Part shown: in pieces, positions 38,173 through 49,647 of the stretch
Numbering within the stretch: the first letter of the stretch is position 1
Layout: each line of letters starts with the position of its first letter
Assembly (NCBI GenBank): GCA_039189765.1
Contig: JBCCYL010000016.1
Span: 1 to 64,000 of the forward strand
Direction: 5' to 3'
Source of the DNA: Cyanobacteria bacterium P01_F01_bin.150
GTDB taxonomy: Bacteria > Cyanobacteriota > Cyanobacteriia > CAKZMO01
Length of the DNA stretch: 64,000 nt
Notes under the pieces: model-generated
Told to the model about the DNA's origin: nothing
What the model saw: the letters and a program-made list of their open reading frames with translations, nothing else
The model's database searches: none
Translations under genes and position numbers: made by a program

Positions 38173-38265
38173 TATACTCTGCACGGCTGAGTGCTGGACC
38201 TTTTATAAGGTGTGTCCCCCACGTAGCGGGAGACACATCTCCAAATCTTAGCCGCTAGTAGTGCA
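38173..38265 (-). repeat. Family-C element
   Basis: Reverse complement is similar to 2476-2568. Confidence 0.7.
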
Positions 38266-38832
38266 CATTTTCCTGGAATATAAAGCCGTGCTTTTACCTA
38301 ATAATCTTCCAAAATATCGGGAATTTGAATCAATGCAAGTGTAGATTAATTTGACTCTCATTGCAGTTATTTCTTTATTCCTATGTTTTCCAAAGCAATA
38401 GTGCGTGCTTGAGCCGGAACGTGGGGGGGAACTCTGGAACTCTAAGTGCTAGTGTTGCCAGTAAGTTAGATAGCTGCATGGTTTGTCTCTCTGGAAAGTA
38501 AGGTAAGCGTTGCATGATGCTATGCAATAGACATACCTATCTATCTGGATGATGCACTGTTCTATGAATTGTAGACGAAGCTCGGAAGTAATAGTTTAAG
38601 GCTTCATATAGTCATTCCAATCTTTGAGTCTTCTTGATAAATAAGTTCTTGGAATCGCTCTACACTTCAGTGAAATCAATCAGGGGAAGTTTGCATCTGA
38701 GTTGTTTTTCTTCCGTGAAGATGCCGTTAAGTGTTAGCTGGAAGAAAATCACGGGAATACTAGCTTTAAGACAATGCATAACAATAGCAAAACTGCCCTT
38801 TTGTGTTATCTGGAGCAACTGAGACGATCACT

Positions 38833-40134
38833 ATGTCAGTAGGACCTATGCCAATGCCATCACCTCTAGTTGAAACCGAAAATCTTGAAACGTCCCAGGT
38901 GTCGATTGCTCAGCCAAATGACGCAACATTTTCTGACAGCCAGATAGATGAACCTTCATTTGACGCGAGTTCTGTTAGTGATGGCCCATCTGAGTCTGAA
39001 CTAGTCAATCTTGATATGGACGTGTCTGAGACAGGCGGAGCCGCAAAGGGACGGCGTACAACTGACTTGGTTCGCATGTATCTTCAAGAAATTGGTCGCG
39101 TTCGTCTTTTAGGGCGTGATGAAGAAGTCTCTGAAGCGCAAAAGGTACAAAAATATGTGGCCTTGCTCGATTTGCGTGAGCAAAAGGCAGAGGAAGATGA
39201 TGATTTAAAGTGCTACAACCACCTGATTGAGACCCATGATCGTCTCCAATGCAATCTGGGTCATCGGCCATCATGGGGGCGTTGGGCCTCTGTAGTAAGT
39301 ATGTCTGTCGCCGAACTGAAAGAGTCCTTGGTTATTGGGAAGGCGCGTTGGGCAGAAGTCTCTGATCTTCCCGTTGCTGAGCTGGAGCAAATTCAGGCAG
39401 AGGGGGTCGCAGCTAAAGATCACATGATTAAGGCTAATCTACGCTTGGTAGTTTCAGTTGCTAAAAAATATCAGAACCGCGGCTTAGAACTTCTTGATTT
39501 AATTCAGGAAGGGACTCTGGGTTTGGAACGGGCGGTAGATAAGTTCGACCCTACTAAAGGCTATCGTTTTAGCACCTACGCCTATTGGTGGATTCGTCAG
39601 GGCATTACCCGAGCGATCGCGACCCAAAGTCGCACGATTCGCCTTCCCGTCCATATCACTGAAAAGCTCAATAAAATCAAAAAAGCCCAACGTAAAATTT
39701 CTCAGCAAAAAGGGCGTACTCCCACCATTGAGGACATTGCCTCAGAATTAAAGATGACGGCACCCCAAGTGCGTGAGGTGCTGTTGCGGGTTCCTCGTTC
39801 CGTATCTTTAGAAACCAAAGTCGGTAAGGAGCGCGACACGGAACTAGGGGATTTACTTGAAACAGATGGCATGTCTCCTGAGGAGATGTTAATGCGTGAA
39901 TCCTTGCACCGTGATCTGCAGCAACTATTGACAGACCTTACTACTCGTGAGCGTGATGTGATTCAGATGCGCTTTGGCTTGAATGATGGTACTCCCTATT
40001 CTCTGGCTGAAATTGGTCGTGCCTTGGACCTTTCTCGTGAACGGGTTCGCCAAATTGAGGCAAAGGCACTTCAGAAGCTGCGTCAACCAAAGCGTCGCAA
40101 TCGCATTCGCGATTATCTAGAGGCGCTGGCCTAG
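38833..40134 (+). CDS. sigC: Group 2 RNA polymerase sigma factor SigC
   Basis: RRTTDLVRMYLQEIGRVRLLGRDEEVSEAQKVQ; sigma regions 2-4 intact. Confidence 0.9.
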   Translation: MSVGPMPMPSPLVETENLETSQVSIAQPNDATFSDSQIDEPSFDASSVSDGPSESELVNLDMDVSETGGAAKGRRTTDLVRMYLQEIGRVRLLGRDEEVSEAQKVQKYVALLDLREQKAEEDDDLKCYNHLIETHDRLQCNLGHRPSWGRWASVVSMSVAELKESLVIGKARWAEVSDLPVAELEQIQAEGVAAKDHMIKANLRLVVSVAKKYQNRGLELLDLIQEGTLGLERAVDKFDPTKGYRFSTYAYWWIRQGITRAIATQSRTIRLPVHITEKLNKIKKAQRKISQQKGRTPTIEDIASELKMTAPQVREVLLRVPRSVSLETKVGKERDTELGDLLETDGMSPEEMLMRESLHRDLQQLLTDLTTRERDVIQMRFGLNDGTPYSLAEIGRALDLSRERVRQIEAKALQKLRQPKRRNRIRDYLEALA

Positions 40135-40569
40135 GCCTTCTGGGGCGTTTGGCATGTTTCCTCAGGCTTGTTTGGGGTCGAGGTGTCTAACGCTTCAACA
40201 TAAGAATTGAATTTTCAAACAGCTCAACTCTCTCATGTATCTAAATGGTTGCCAAAATTTAGTTTGGTAACCATTTTTCGCTATTTAAGTAGAGCAAGGC
40301 TTACGCTTAAAGGCTACTGCTTCGGTTTTACCCCAAAATATCCTTATCTTAAGCAACGTTGGGACATAGAAGGGATCGTGATAGAGTACAAGACCGAACG
40401 TATGCCTGAATGTATTATTGGTCAAGGAGGGATAGCATGGCATGAATAATATAGGACTGATAGTTTCAGGGACATGGGCTGAATGGATGACGGTGTCAGC
40501 ATATATTAGCTTTGCTATTTTTATTACCTGGTGTGTTTTAACCCGAAGTTCATAGTCTCTAATTCCAGA

Positions 40570-40630
40570 CTCTTCAACCCCTAACCTCTTTAACCCCTAA
40601 CCTCTTCAATTCTTTAACCCACACCTTAAC
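40570..40630 (+). repeat. Degenerate short tandem repeats (CTCTTYAACCCCTAAC)
   Basis: Visible tandem units upstream of the DUF4346-like gene. Confidence 0.5.
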
Positions 40631-40632
40631 TA

Positions 40633-41046
40633 ATGAATTCTACCCAACCGTATTCCCCCTTGAACTCCGCGACAATTGAAAACATCACGGCATTAGACAA
40701 TAAACTATCAAATCGCTTTATTGAACTCGATCCAGAAGGCTACTTTTTAATTTACTTAGAAAGAGAAGAAGGCTTTATTTGTGCTGCTCACTACCGTAAC
40801 AGTATCAATACTCAAGGGATTGCCGTTGATCCTGAGACCGGCAAACCTATTCCTTGTAAGGGGCCAGTTAAGCGAACTCCCTCTAAAATTTACAAAGGCC
40901 GAACTGCTAAGGAACTCGGAATAAAACTAACGGAAGAAGCTGACCCTTGTCAAATTGGGCGCTTGGATCATGCTTTATATTTGGGACGTGAATTCGTTCG
41001 TGCTGAAATAGCTCTTATTTCGGGTCAAGAGTATATTCAGGATTAG
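40633..41046 (+). CDS. DUF4346-like protein
   Basis: LDPEGYFLI, GRTAKEL and DHALYLGREF..YIQD motifs. Confidence 0.85.
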   Translation: MNSTQPYSPLNSATIENITALDNKLSNRFIELDPEGYFLIYLEREEGFICAAHYRNSINTQGIAVDPETGKPIPCKGPVKRTPSKIYKGRTAKELGIKLTEEADPCQIGRLDHALYLGREFVRAEIALISGQEYIQD

Positions 41047-41171
41047 CAACTGTCACGTTTGCTTGAAGCTCTAACACGATACTGGCTCACTTTGCACTCC
41101 AGTATCGCGTATGGCAATAGAAGACGTCATGCTTTGTGGATATTCATGGCTGCAAAGCATAACTTGTTTTG

Positions 41172-41495
41172 CTACAGCTTGACGGCTGTACCAGTTGCGG
41201 TGATCAATAACAAAACACCAGATTCATCTAAATTGATGGTTCCGGTATCAATTTCAATGCCGATGACCGCATCTGCACCCAGTCGTTGGGCACGTTTAGA
41301 CAATTCATCCATCGCATCTTTCTGGCCTTTTTCAAAAACCCTTTCATAGGCTCCTGTACGGCCCCCAATAATGTCACGAATGCCTGCGAAAAAGTCTCTA
41401 AGAGCATTACTGCCGTAAACAACTTCAGCAGTAACAACACCTACGTATTCTTTGACTGTAATACCTTGCAAGGTATCTGTTGTAGATAAGATCAT
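41172..41495 (-). CDS. YbjQ/UPF0145 family protein
   Basis: MILSTTDTLQG..RDIIGGR..LGADAVIG..GTAVKL. Confidence 0.92.
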   Translation of the reverse strand: MILSTTDTLQGITVKEYVGVVTAEVVYGSNALRDFFAGIRDIIGGRTGAYERVFEKGQKDAMDELSKRAQRLGADAVIGIEIDTGTINLDESGVLLLITATGTAVKL

Positions 41496-41950
41496 TGAAC
41501 TAACGTGTAAAAAATCGATGGGGTCGTGAAGGAAGGAACGTTCCCCAATTTCTGGTTCACCTGAGTTCCTTTGGGATTTACTAGAAAATAAAACCAATTG
41601 AGGATGGGTGGGCTGCGCTCGGCCCACCTTTAACTCCGCTATCTTTTTATTAGTAGATCCCTTAGTAATCTATCTTATTTGCCTGAGCGGTCCACAATTG
41701 AAAGACTTTTTGCGCATCTTCTTGCAAAAGCTGAATCATTGGAATTTTACGTTGACTCATGGGGTGTTTTAGCTCGTCGTCAATAAAGCCGTGCTTATTG
41801 TTAATTGTTCGTTGTCGATCTGTTATTAGGCGGAGCCCTCATATGCAGATTATGAATGTGCCATACAAAAATAATAGGTGACGCGGGCCATCATTCTTGC
41901 GTAATATGGTTTTGCCTGAAATTTTTACAGAGAGACAACGAACCCAACCG

Positions 41951-42283
41951 ATGGCAATTCCCCTAGAGTCTAAAGATAAGCAATTTGCGGTGATTGAGGC
42001 CAATGCTGAACGCATTGGTGCGATCGCTCGTAGCGGCTACGATACAAACAACGAAAAAGGTACTGTCGTTATTTTTCGGCAGCAAGAAAACAATACGAAC
42101 GAGTTAGAAGATTGGCAAATTAAATATCGACCTATTAGTCAAATCGAAGCGTTAATTAGTGACTGGAGAAACGTTGGGCTTCAAGATATGCTTATTCGCT
42201 ACAACCCAGAGGTGTCAGTCGTTTGTACTTTCTTGTATCCGAATGGGGCCCACACTAGCTATCATTTTGCTATTGATGGCTAG
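41951..42283 (+). CDS. Hypothetical protein
   Basis: 110-aa ATG ORF with plausible composition, convergent on the M16 peptidase. Confidence 0.6.
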   Translation: MAIPLESKDKQFAVIEANAERIGAIARSGYDTNNEKGTVVIFRQQENNTNELEDWQIKYRPISQIEALISDWRNVGLQDMLIRYNPEVSVVCTFLYPNGAHTSYHFAIDG

Positions 42284-43610
42284 TATTTAATGTCTCTTCT
42301 GGTTTATCGTAGGGATGAATTACCATAGATCTGTATGCCCCTGTATCTAAATACGTTTGGGCTGCAGCTCTCAAATCATGGGGAGTCAACTTACGAATGT
42401 GATTAGGATAATTGATTGCTGGCCCTAAATGACCCACCAGCGTTTGATAGTAGCCGTATAATCCTGCCCGATTATCTGGTGTTTCATTGCCAAAGACATA
42501 ACGATTAGCTACCTGGGTTTTAATCCTCTGTAGCTCAGCATCCGTCACCATATGTTCCTGCAAATCAATGAGATGTTGAAGGATAATTCTTTCTACAACC
42601 GCTACGTTTTCATCCGGCAAGTGCACTGAGATATAAAATATTCCTTGGTGAACATAGGTCATATTGCTAACCGACGCCCCTGAAATTAGACCTTTTTCTT
42701 CCCTCAGCTCTTTAATGAGCCGTGCTGTACGACCACCGCTTAGTACTGACGCAAGGACATCTAGAGGGTAGGTTTGGCTTAATTGCTCCATGCCAGGCAC
42801 TCGCCACATCATCATTAGCCGAGCCTGAGATAAAGAGGCGTCGTAGTACTCATGCCGCGCTACCGTCTGAAAAGATGGCTCTGGGATATGTTGGATAGAC
42901 GGATATGGAGCATCAAGAAACTTTGTCCTAGCGCTGAATACATCGGCGCGATCGCACCCATCAATTACAATATTGATCAAATCATCAACGGGCAAATTAC
43001 CGACTGCGACCACCGTCATGGCTGATGGACGATACCAGTTCGCATGAAAGTCGCGCATCTGCTGAGGTGTTAAAGATTCAATTACATCTGTGGTCCCTAA
43101 AACAGGACGTCTATAAGGAAGCTGATTGAAGGCGACCTGCATTGAACGTAAAAATGCTCTCCGACTGGGACTATCATTGGAGCGGCGGATTTCTTCAAGA
43201 ATGATTGGCCGCTCTCGCTCAAAAGCCTCGTCAGGAATTGCCGGATTGAAAACAATGTCCAATTGCAAGGGCGCAAGGTCGGCAAAATCCCGTGGTGCAG
43301 CAGTAATGTAGTAATGCGTGTACTCTTGACTGGTTGCAGCGTTTGTAATGGCTCCCCGCTGTTCTACTAACTGTTCAAATTCTCCATTTTTTAATCGCTT
43401 AGTTCCTTTGAACATCATATGTTCAAGAAAATGTGCCATTCCATTAAACGGCTCTGATTCTACGGCTGATCCAACATTTAGCCAGACACTCAGATTCACT
43501 GCCTCTACAGGAACCTGTTCTGCAATTATGGTTAAACCATTGGGAAGATGGCGAACGGTGGGAACATTGATTTGAGGCAAGGAAGCAGATTCAACTACAC
43601 TAAGTGCCAT
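42270..43610 (-). CDS. M16 (pitrilysin-family) zinc peptidase
   Basis: GMAHFLEHMMFKGT (HxxEH) and NAATS motifs. Confidence 0.93.
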   Translation of the reverse strand: MALSVVESASLPQINVPTVRHLPNGLTIIAEQVPVEAVNLSVWLNVGSAVESEPFNGMAHFLEHMMFKGTKRLKNGEFEQLVEQRGAITNAATSQEYTHYYITAAPRDFADLAPLQLDIVFNPAIPDEAFERERPIILEEIRRSNDSPSRRAFLRSMQVAFNQLPYRRPVLGTTDVIESLTPQQMRDFHANWYRPSAMTVVAVGNLPVDDLINIVIDGCDRADVFSARTKFLDAPYPSIQHIPEPSFQTVARHEYYDASLSQARLMMMWRVPGMEQLSQTYPLDVLASVLSGGRTARLIKELREEKGLISGASVSNMTYVHQGIFYISVHLPDENVAVVERIILQHLIDLQEHMVTDAELQRIKTQVANRYVFGNETPDNRAGLYGYYQTLVGHLGPAINYPNHIRKLTPHDLRAAAQTYLDTGAYRSMVIHPYDKPEETLNTSHQ

Positions 43611-43727
43611 AAACTTTACTAAATATTTGGCTACGCTTATTTACCTATCTTAATGTTTTTAGGTGCGGAATCGTCCGAATTTTTGGGGAAATTCAACTTT
43701 CCTGATCTTTTACCAGGTTAAGTGCAT

Positions 43728-45470
43728 TTACTTGGCTATGTTTTCACTCAGGGCATCAATAGGACTACTTTGTACTTGGCTCCCTTGAATAGTAGTGTGA
43801 AAATGCCAATTAGGATCAGTTTGAGGATAATCGCTGCGGTAATGACCACCTCTGCTTTCCGTTCGCCATAGTGCACTCTTCACTATTAGCATAGCAACAT
43901 CCAACAAATTAGCCGTTTCTGTTGTTCTTTGAAGCATGATGCCTACTTCTTGTGTAGGGAGGCGATAGGGTAAATGGATATGATTATTCATCACCACTTG
44001 ATATAGATTGGTCAATGTCAGGCGCGATCGCCACTCGTTCAGGGTGTTGACTGCCGTATCCAAATCATCCTGACATCGACAGATTCCAGCGTTATTCCAC
44101 ATTAATTGAGGTAATTGCTCTCTAATCGTGCTGACAATTTTCATTTCATATGAGACCTGCTCCATAACAGGTGTTAAATCCAGAGTTTTCATGTCGTCTG
44201 TCGAATTCACAACTGCTGGCTCTCTAGTCTGTTCGGGGCCTTGATGCTGAGGAGCTGAAAGGTCAATTGATGCAAGCTGACTAGCAAAGACTAAACACTC
44301 TAGTAAAGAGTTGCTGGCTAGTCGATTTGCGCCGTGCACCCCTGTACTTGCCACCTCCCCAACCGCATACAAACCTGGAATGGATGTGTGGTTCATAATG
44401 TTTGTTGCCACCCCTCCCATCCAATAATGGGCAGCAGGCGCAATTGGAATAGGTTCCTGAAGGACATCTATGCCCCAGGCTGCACACTTGCTAATAATGT
44501 TTGGAAACCGTGACCGCACCGTTGTTCGCTCAATTGGGTCCAAGTTGAGGTAAGCATGGGTATGGGTTTGTAAGTGACTAAAGATCGCACGACTCACAAC
44601 GTCTCGTGGTGCCAGCTCCCCAGCCTCATGATACTGGAAGGCAAAGCGATCGCCCTTTTCATCTACCAAATGTGCGCCCTCTCCTCGAACGGCTTCACTA
44701 ATTAAGAATCGGGGTGCCCCATCCTGGGTTAGTGCCGTGGGATGAAATTGAAAAAATTCTAAATCTCGAACAATCGCCCCTGCTCGCCATGCCATGGCTA
44801 CGCCATCCCCTGTACTGACGGATGGGTTTGTCGTTTGAGAGAAAACCTGGCCGCCACCGCCCGTCGCTAAAATGACGACCGATGCTCGGAGCCAACGGAT
44901 TACTCCATCAGACAACAGCCGAATACCCTGACAGCATCCAGTCAATGGATTGATCCAAAGATTCAGGGCAAAGGAATGGGGAAAAATGTGGATATTGGGA
45001 TGTTCAAGGACCTTTGATGCCAGGGTACTGACAATCGCCTTACCCGTCGTATCTGCGGAGTGAAGTACCCGAGGTCTTGAATGGGCTGCTTCTAGCGTCA
45101 TGGCCAACTGCCCGTTTTTTCGATCAAATGAAACGCCAAGACTCAGCAAATCATCAATGGCTGTTTTGGCCTGTTCAACTAAAAACGATACGGCAATGGG
45201 ATCACACAAGCCTGCCCCTGCTTTTAATGTATCTTCAAAATGTAGATTGGTCGTATCAGTGGGGGCGATCGCTGCTGCCACTCCTCCTTGAGCCCAATTA
45301 CTTGATCCCTTATTCACGACATCCTTTGTCACCAATCCGATTTGCAAATGGGACGGTAAGCATAACGTTGCATATAGCCCAGCAGCTCCGCTACCCACGA
45401 CTAGAACGTCTAGAGCATCTCCATTTAAGACGTCTAAAGAGGTAGATGCGGTCGATTCAGCTTGTAACAT
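43728..45470 (-). CDS. nadB: L-aspartate oxidase
   Basis: GSGAAG, AQGG, QFHPT, HGANRLASNSLLE; adjacent to nadA. Confidence 0.95.
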   Translation of the reverse strand: MLQAESTASTSLDVLNGDALDVLVVGSGAAGLYATLCLPSHLQIGLVTKDVVNKGSSNWAQGGVAAAIAPTDTTNLHFEDTLKAGAGLCDPIAVSFLVEQAKTAIDDLLSLGVSFDRKNGQLAMTLEAAHSRPRVLHSADTTGKAIVSTLASKVLEHPNIHIFPHSFALNLWINPLTGCCQGIRLLSDGVIRWLRASVVILATGGGGQVFSQTTNPSVSTGDGVAMAWRAGAIVRDLEFFQFHPTALTQDGAPRFLISEAVRGEGAHLVDEKGDRFAFQYHEAGELAPRDVVSRAIFSHLQTHTHAYLNLDPIERTTVRSRFPNIISKCAAWGIDVLQEPIPIAPAAHYWMGGVATNIMNHTSIPGLYAVGEVASTGVHGANRLASNSLLECLVFASQLASIDLSAPQHQGPEQTREPAVVNSTDDMKTLDLTPVMEQVSYEMKIVSTIREQLPQLMWNNAGICRCQDDLDTAVNTLNEWRSRLTLTNLYQVVMNNHIHLPYRLPTQEVGIMLQRTTETANLLDVAMLIVKSALWRTESRGGHYRSDYPQTDPNWHFHTTIQGSQVQSSPIDALSENIAK

Positions 45471-45523
45471 TATGCTTATTTAAGGTATCAATACATTCAA
45501 TCCAATCTGAGCAGAACGAAAGT

Positions 45524-46498
45524 TTAGCTCATAGCCAGCATCCTTTGAATTGGGCGAAGCGCTGCTATACGGACGGATTCAGGCATCTCAATTTCTGGAG
45601 TTTTATTCTTCATCGATAGATACAACTTCTCTAGAGTATTCAAACGCATGTGAGGGCATTCATTGCAGGCGCAGTTGCTGGTAGAAGGAGCTGGAATAAA
45701 GGTCTTATCTGGGGTTGCTTTCTGCATTTGATGGATAATGCCAGGCTCGGTTGCCACGATAAATGTTTGGGTTGGACTTTGCTGGCAATAGCTGAGGATA
45801 GCTGTAGTGGAGCCGATGTAGTTAGCATGTCGCAACACCACGTCTTCACACTCAGGATGGGCAACGACTTCAGCATCAAAGTGTTCCATTTTTAAGCGTA
45901 CAATTTGCTTTTCCGAAAAGGTTTCGTGGACAAGGCAACTCCCTTGCCACAGAACCAGGTCTCGCCCTGTTTGCTCCATGACATAACGTCCCAAGTTCTT
46001 GTCTGGCGCAAAAATAATTGGCTGATTTTCAGGTAATTGCTGAACAATCTTAACGGCATTGGAGCTGGTGCAGATGATATCACTCAGAGCCTTGATCTCT
46101 GCCGTACAGTTTATGTAAGAAATAACCAAGTGGTCCGGATATTTTGCTTTGAATTGGGCAAACTGGTCTGGAGGACAGCTATCGGCCAAAGAGCAGCCCG
46201 CTTCCAGCGCAGGGAGTAAGACTAATTTGTCGGGATTGAGGATTTTAGCTGTCTCTGCCATAAAGTGAACTCCAGCAAAAACGATGACATCTGCATCGGT
46301 TTCAGCGGCCTTACGAGACAATCCCAACGAGTCGCCAATGTAATCTGCAATATCCTGAATATCAGGTTCCTGATAATAATGGGCCAGAATAATCGCATTC
46401 AATTCTTGCTTTAGGGATTCAATGGCCTCAAACAAGTTGTAAGGGATTGGATTCTGCGGAAGAAATGTTGAAGCTGGCTTTTGAATTGTGGAAAACAT
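45524..46498 (-). CDS. nadA: Quinolinate synthase
   Basis: [30 protein letters not shown] and CPHM motifs. Confidence 0.96.
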   Translation of the reverse strand: MFSTIQKPASTFLPQNPIPYNLFEAIESLKQELNAIILAHYYQEPDIQDIADYIGDSLGLSRKAAETDADVIVFAGVHFMAETAKILNPDKLVLLPALEAGCSLADSCPPDQFAQFKAKYPDHLVISYINCTAEIKALSDIICTSSNAVKIVQQLPENQPIIFAPDKNLGRYVMEQTGRDLVLWQGSCLVHETFSEKQIVRLKMEHFDAEVVAHPECEDVVLRHANYIGSTTAILSYCQQSPTQTFIVATEPGIIHQMQKATPDKTFIPAPSTSNCACNECPHMRLNTLEKLYLSMKNKTPEIEMPESVRIAALRPIQRMLAMS

Positions 46499-46691
46499 AT
46501 GGTGAATGTGATTCGAGCAGATTGTTCTGTTGATTCCAGTATGTTGAGATTCAGTGTGTAAGTATCTGACCTTACTATGGTCCGTGACGCTATTTCAAGA
46601 TTTTCATATCTTATATCCTGCCACTCAACACTATATTTGGCATGGAGTGCAGACAGGCCTGTTCTACCGTTGCATCCTACTAAAAAGTTCT

Positions 46692-47342
46692 TTGAATAAC
46701 TCATTAACTTTGAATAACTCATTAATAAGATTAGAAACAACTCCAGTTCCATATATATCCGTTTGGCTGATCCCAACTGAAACTGATCGAGCATTTCTAC
46801 AGTCTTTGATCAGCCAGATAGCCCAACAGTATCAAAGCGTAGCGTTTTGCCCGCACGTCACTCTCTTTAGTGTGCCAGTTACAAAGATTAACCAGAATCT
46901 TGTGTCGTCGCCTCTTTCTTCTCCCTGGGATCTCTCTGAAATTGACTGGGACGAGCATCTATCGATTGTTTTAAGCAAATTTTCACCCTTCTTCTTAAAG
47001 ACGATCCACATAGGATGGGGGCGGACGTTTGCTAAGACTGTGTTTGTGCAACTTGAGACAACTTCCACCTTATTAGCATTTATTCAAGCTATGCGAAACA
47101 GCATTACTCAAGGTCCGGCTACACAGGCGATAGAGCAGATTATTGATCCTCATATCAGCCTTATCTACAAGCACTTGGATAATAAGAGAAAAGTAGCGAT
47201 CGCTCAGTCAACAACGTTGCATCAACACACCTTTGGTTTTAGCGAGTTTCAAATTGTAAAAGCCCCCTCACAATTTGAAACGCAAGAGGATGTGCAGGCA
47301 CTCCGCTGTATTTATCGTCAAACTTTAAATAATGGCCCCTGA
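46692..47342 (+). CDS. 2H phosphoesterase (cyclic phosphodiesterase-like); start uncertain
   Basis: Two HxT/S motifs (PHVTL, PHISL) and SVWLIP; TTG starts at 46692 or 46710 inside an 18-bp tandem duplication. Confidence 0.72.
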   Translation: MNNSLTLNNSLIRLETTPVPYISVWLIPTETDRAFLQSLISQIAQQYQSVAFCPHVTLFSVPVTKINQNLVSSPLSSPWDLSEIDWDEHLSIVLSKFSPFFLKTIHIGWGRTFAKTVFVQLETTSTLLAFIQAMRNSITQGPATQAIEQIIDPHISLIYKHLDNKRKVAIAQSTTLHQHTFGFSEFQIVKAPSQFETQEDVQALRCIYRQTLNNGP

Positions 47343-47687
47343 CTTGAATGCTCTGTTTTTGGTATTGTGTTTTACATAAATCTCTTAAATTCATCCATTC
47401 TCAAATTCATTAGCCAGCGCTTCATAAATTGGGTGAGTTCACTAGGATTTGTCATAAAAATAAAGAGTAGAAATTAAAATTATTAAATCTACCAATAAAG
47501 CAATAAAAACAATCTAAATTCTAATTGAAAACTAAAAAGAATCTATATTTAATATTTTATTTGGGATCGTTAGAGATCTGCCATGCCAAGGGTTTTAGCG
47601 GCCTAGCCACATAAGCTTTGCGGTTTTTACTTAGCTCACAATGGAGACGCTGAAATTGGATGATGATGCGTTTCTATTGGAGAGGTC

Positions 47688-48041
47688 ATGAGAGATTTTG
47701 AGTCAGTTGTATCCGTATGCCGCCATTGTCAAAGCTACACTTTGGAGGGGCGACGGGGAGGACATTGTAGCCAACTAGGAAGCCTTATGAAAGGAGACTG
47801 GAAGGCCTGTCCTCTAGCGATCCCAGCTTTTTCTCCATCGTGGGAATCACAGTCGGGGATCAAATATGAACTGGCTCAACTGATCAGAGAGCAGAGGCAA
47901 CAATTAGAAATGCTAAATCCTCGACAAGATGATCGGGATCCGGTTGAAGTATTAGAAGCCTGTATCAATACGCCCGATCCCCCAGACCCCCAGACCCCCA
48001 GACCCCCAGACCCCCAGACCCGAGTGAAGAGTTTGGGCTGA
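47688..48041 (+). CDS. Small Cys-rich hypothetical protein
   Basis: CRHC..EGRRGGHC..WKAC motif; SD GGAG; repeat-derived C-terminus. Confidence 0.7.
   Translation: MRDFESVVSVCRHCQSYTLEGRRGGHCSQLGSLMKGDWKACPLAIPAFSPSWESQSGIKYELAQLIREQRQQLEMLNPRQDDRDPVEVLEACINTPDPPDPQTPRPPDPQTRVKSLG
47979..48021 (+). repeat. (CCCCAGAC)5 octamer tandem repeat
   Basis: Visible directly. Confidence 0.85.
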
Positions 48042-48160
48042 GATAGAAAAACACCCACTAACGTACCTAGAAATCTCCAGTAAGTTGTTAACAGAACCTT
48101 CGTAAATCCTCAACAAATCTCTAATTAAGTTAGGTTAACAAAGGGTATTTCTTGTTTAAA

Positions 48161-48240
48161 GGGTATTAACTTTAGGCAGATGGTGTGGGCGAGCTGCGCT
48201 CACACCATCGTTAATTTTGTTTTTCCTTAAAACGAAATTT
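48161..48240 (+). mobile_element. Family-A MITE-like element
   Basis: GGGTATTAACTTTAGGCA-GATGGTGTG..CACACCATC-GTTAATTTTG..TTAAAACGAAA. Confidence 0.7.
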
Positions 48241-48251
48241 CTCTCTTGCAT

Positions 48252-49271
48252 TTAGTAACGAATCCGGGGATCTACCCAAGCATTCAATATGTCGATAAGG
48301 ATGCTTGCGATCGCGACAATCACCGCAAAGAAGACAATAATTCCCTGAACAACTGCATAGTCTCTAGCAGCAATTGCCTCGTATAAGCGCCCGGCCAATC
48401 CTGGCCAGTCAAACGTAACCTCAGTGAGAATGGCTCCTCCTAGAAGCGAGGCAAAGGTTAGCCCTAGTACAGTGATGACAGGGATCAAAGCATTTTTTAG
48501 AGCATGAACAGTCACAATGCGACGTTCCGTAATTCCCCTCGCTCTGGCAGCCTCGACATAATCAGCTCGCAGCGTTTGCTTAAGATTGACTCGCACAATG
48601 CGCTCAAAAATCCCGCTGAGTAATAAGCCTAGGGTCAAACTAGGTAAGGTGAGGTGATAAAGAGCAATAAAAAATTGTTCGACTTGACCATGAAAAAGGG
48701 TATCTAGCAAATAAAGACCCGTTGGCCCGTCAGGTGGGCGAGTGGTCAACGGGAATCGAGTTCCCAATGGAAACCACTTTAGTTGCACGCCAAAAATCAA
48801 TTGTAAGATCATCCCAAACCAGTACATTGGAACTGCATAAGAGATGATCCCAAATAGTCGTCCCCCTGCATCAATGGCTGTGTTCGGCTTGGAGGCGGCG
48901 ATCGCGCCAATCGCCACTCCGACCAAAGCAGCGACTAACATACTGCATACGGCTAATTCGACCGTTGCTGGAAAGTGAGCTTGAATAATCTTCACTACTG
49001 GGCGGTCATCCAACGACACCCCCAGATCAAACCGTAGCAGATCGCCAATATAACGAATGTACTGTATCCAAATCGGTACATTGAGTCCCAGACGCTCTCG
49101 CATTGCTTCCCGTGCCGCTTCCGGAGCCTTTGGCCCCAGTGCAACATCTACAGGATCTCCTGGGGTAGCCCTCATCAGCAAAAATACAAAGGTGGCAATA
49201 GTCCACAACATAAGTGGAGCTAAAAGAATACGTGTAAAAACGTAATATGCAAGAGCTTTTAAGCGAGACAT
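48252..49271 (-). CDS. Peptide/nickel ABC transporter permease (DppB/OppB-like)
   Basis: PGDP, FPATVELA, YVEAARARG (EAA loop) and HALKNALIP motifs. Confidence 0.92.
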   Translation of the reverse strand: MSRLKALAYYVFTRILLAPLMLWTIATFVFLLMRATPGDPVDVALGPKAPEAAREAMRERLGLNVPIWIQYIRYIGDLLRFDLGVSLDDRPVVKIIQAHFPATVELAVCSMLVAALVGVAIGAIAASKPNTAIDAGGRLFGIISYAVPMYWFGMILQLIFGVQLKWFPLGTRFPLTTRPPDGPTGLYLLDTLFHGQVEQFFIALYHLTLPSLTLGLLLSGIFERIVRVNLKQTLRADYVEAARARGITERRIVTVHALKNALIPVITVLGLTFASLLGGAILTEVTFDWPGLAGRLYEAIAARDYAVVQGIIVFFAVIVAIASILIDILNAWVDPRIRY

Positions 49272-49647
49272 AGGCTGGGATGGCTGAATAGTTGCGGTTT
49301 CATGGCCTGAAACCAAATAAATGATCGTGAAAGGGCTGTATGCTTTCACAACTCGCCTAAAGATGATACTAGATGTAACGACATCAAGAGTTATTCCAAG
49401 GATGTTTGGGTTCGTTGAAAATATTCATGCATCTTTAAATAGTTCTAGAAGGCTTGTGTTGCAATTGATCCCACTTCCATGTTGGGTTTACCGCCCCTAA
49501 AATAGCTAGATTTGCCTACTGCCTGTATGGAAGTTAAGAGGTTAGATTGGGGCTATGAATCTTTTGTTAGGTGCATTTATCGCCACCACGAGTAAGACGT
49601 ATTTGCACCTTTTCTAAACGTGTCATTTGAACAAGGATGATAGCTTT

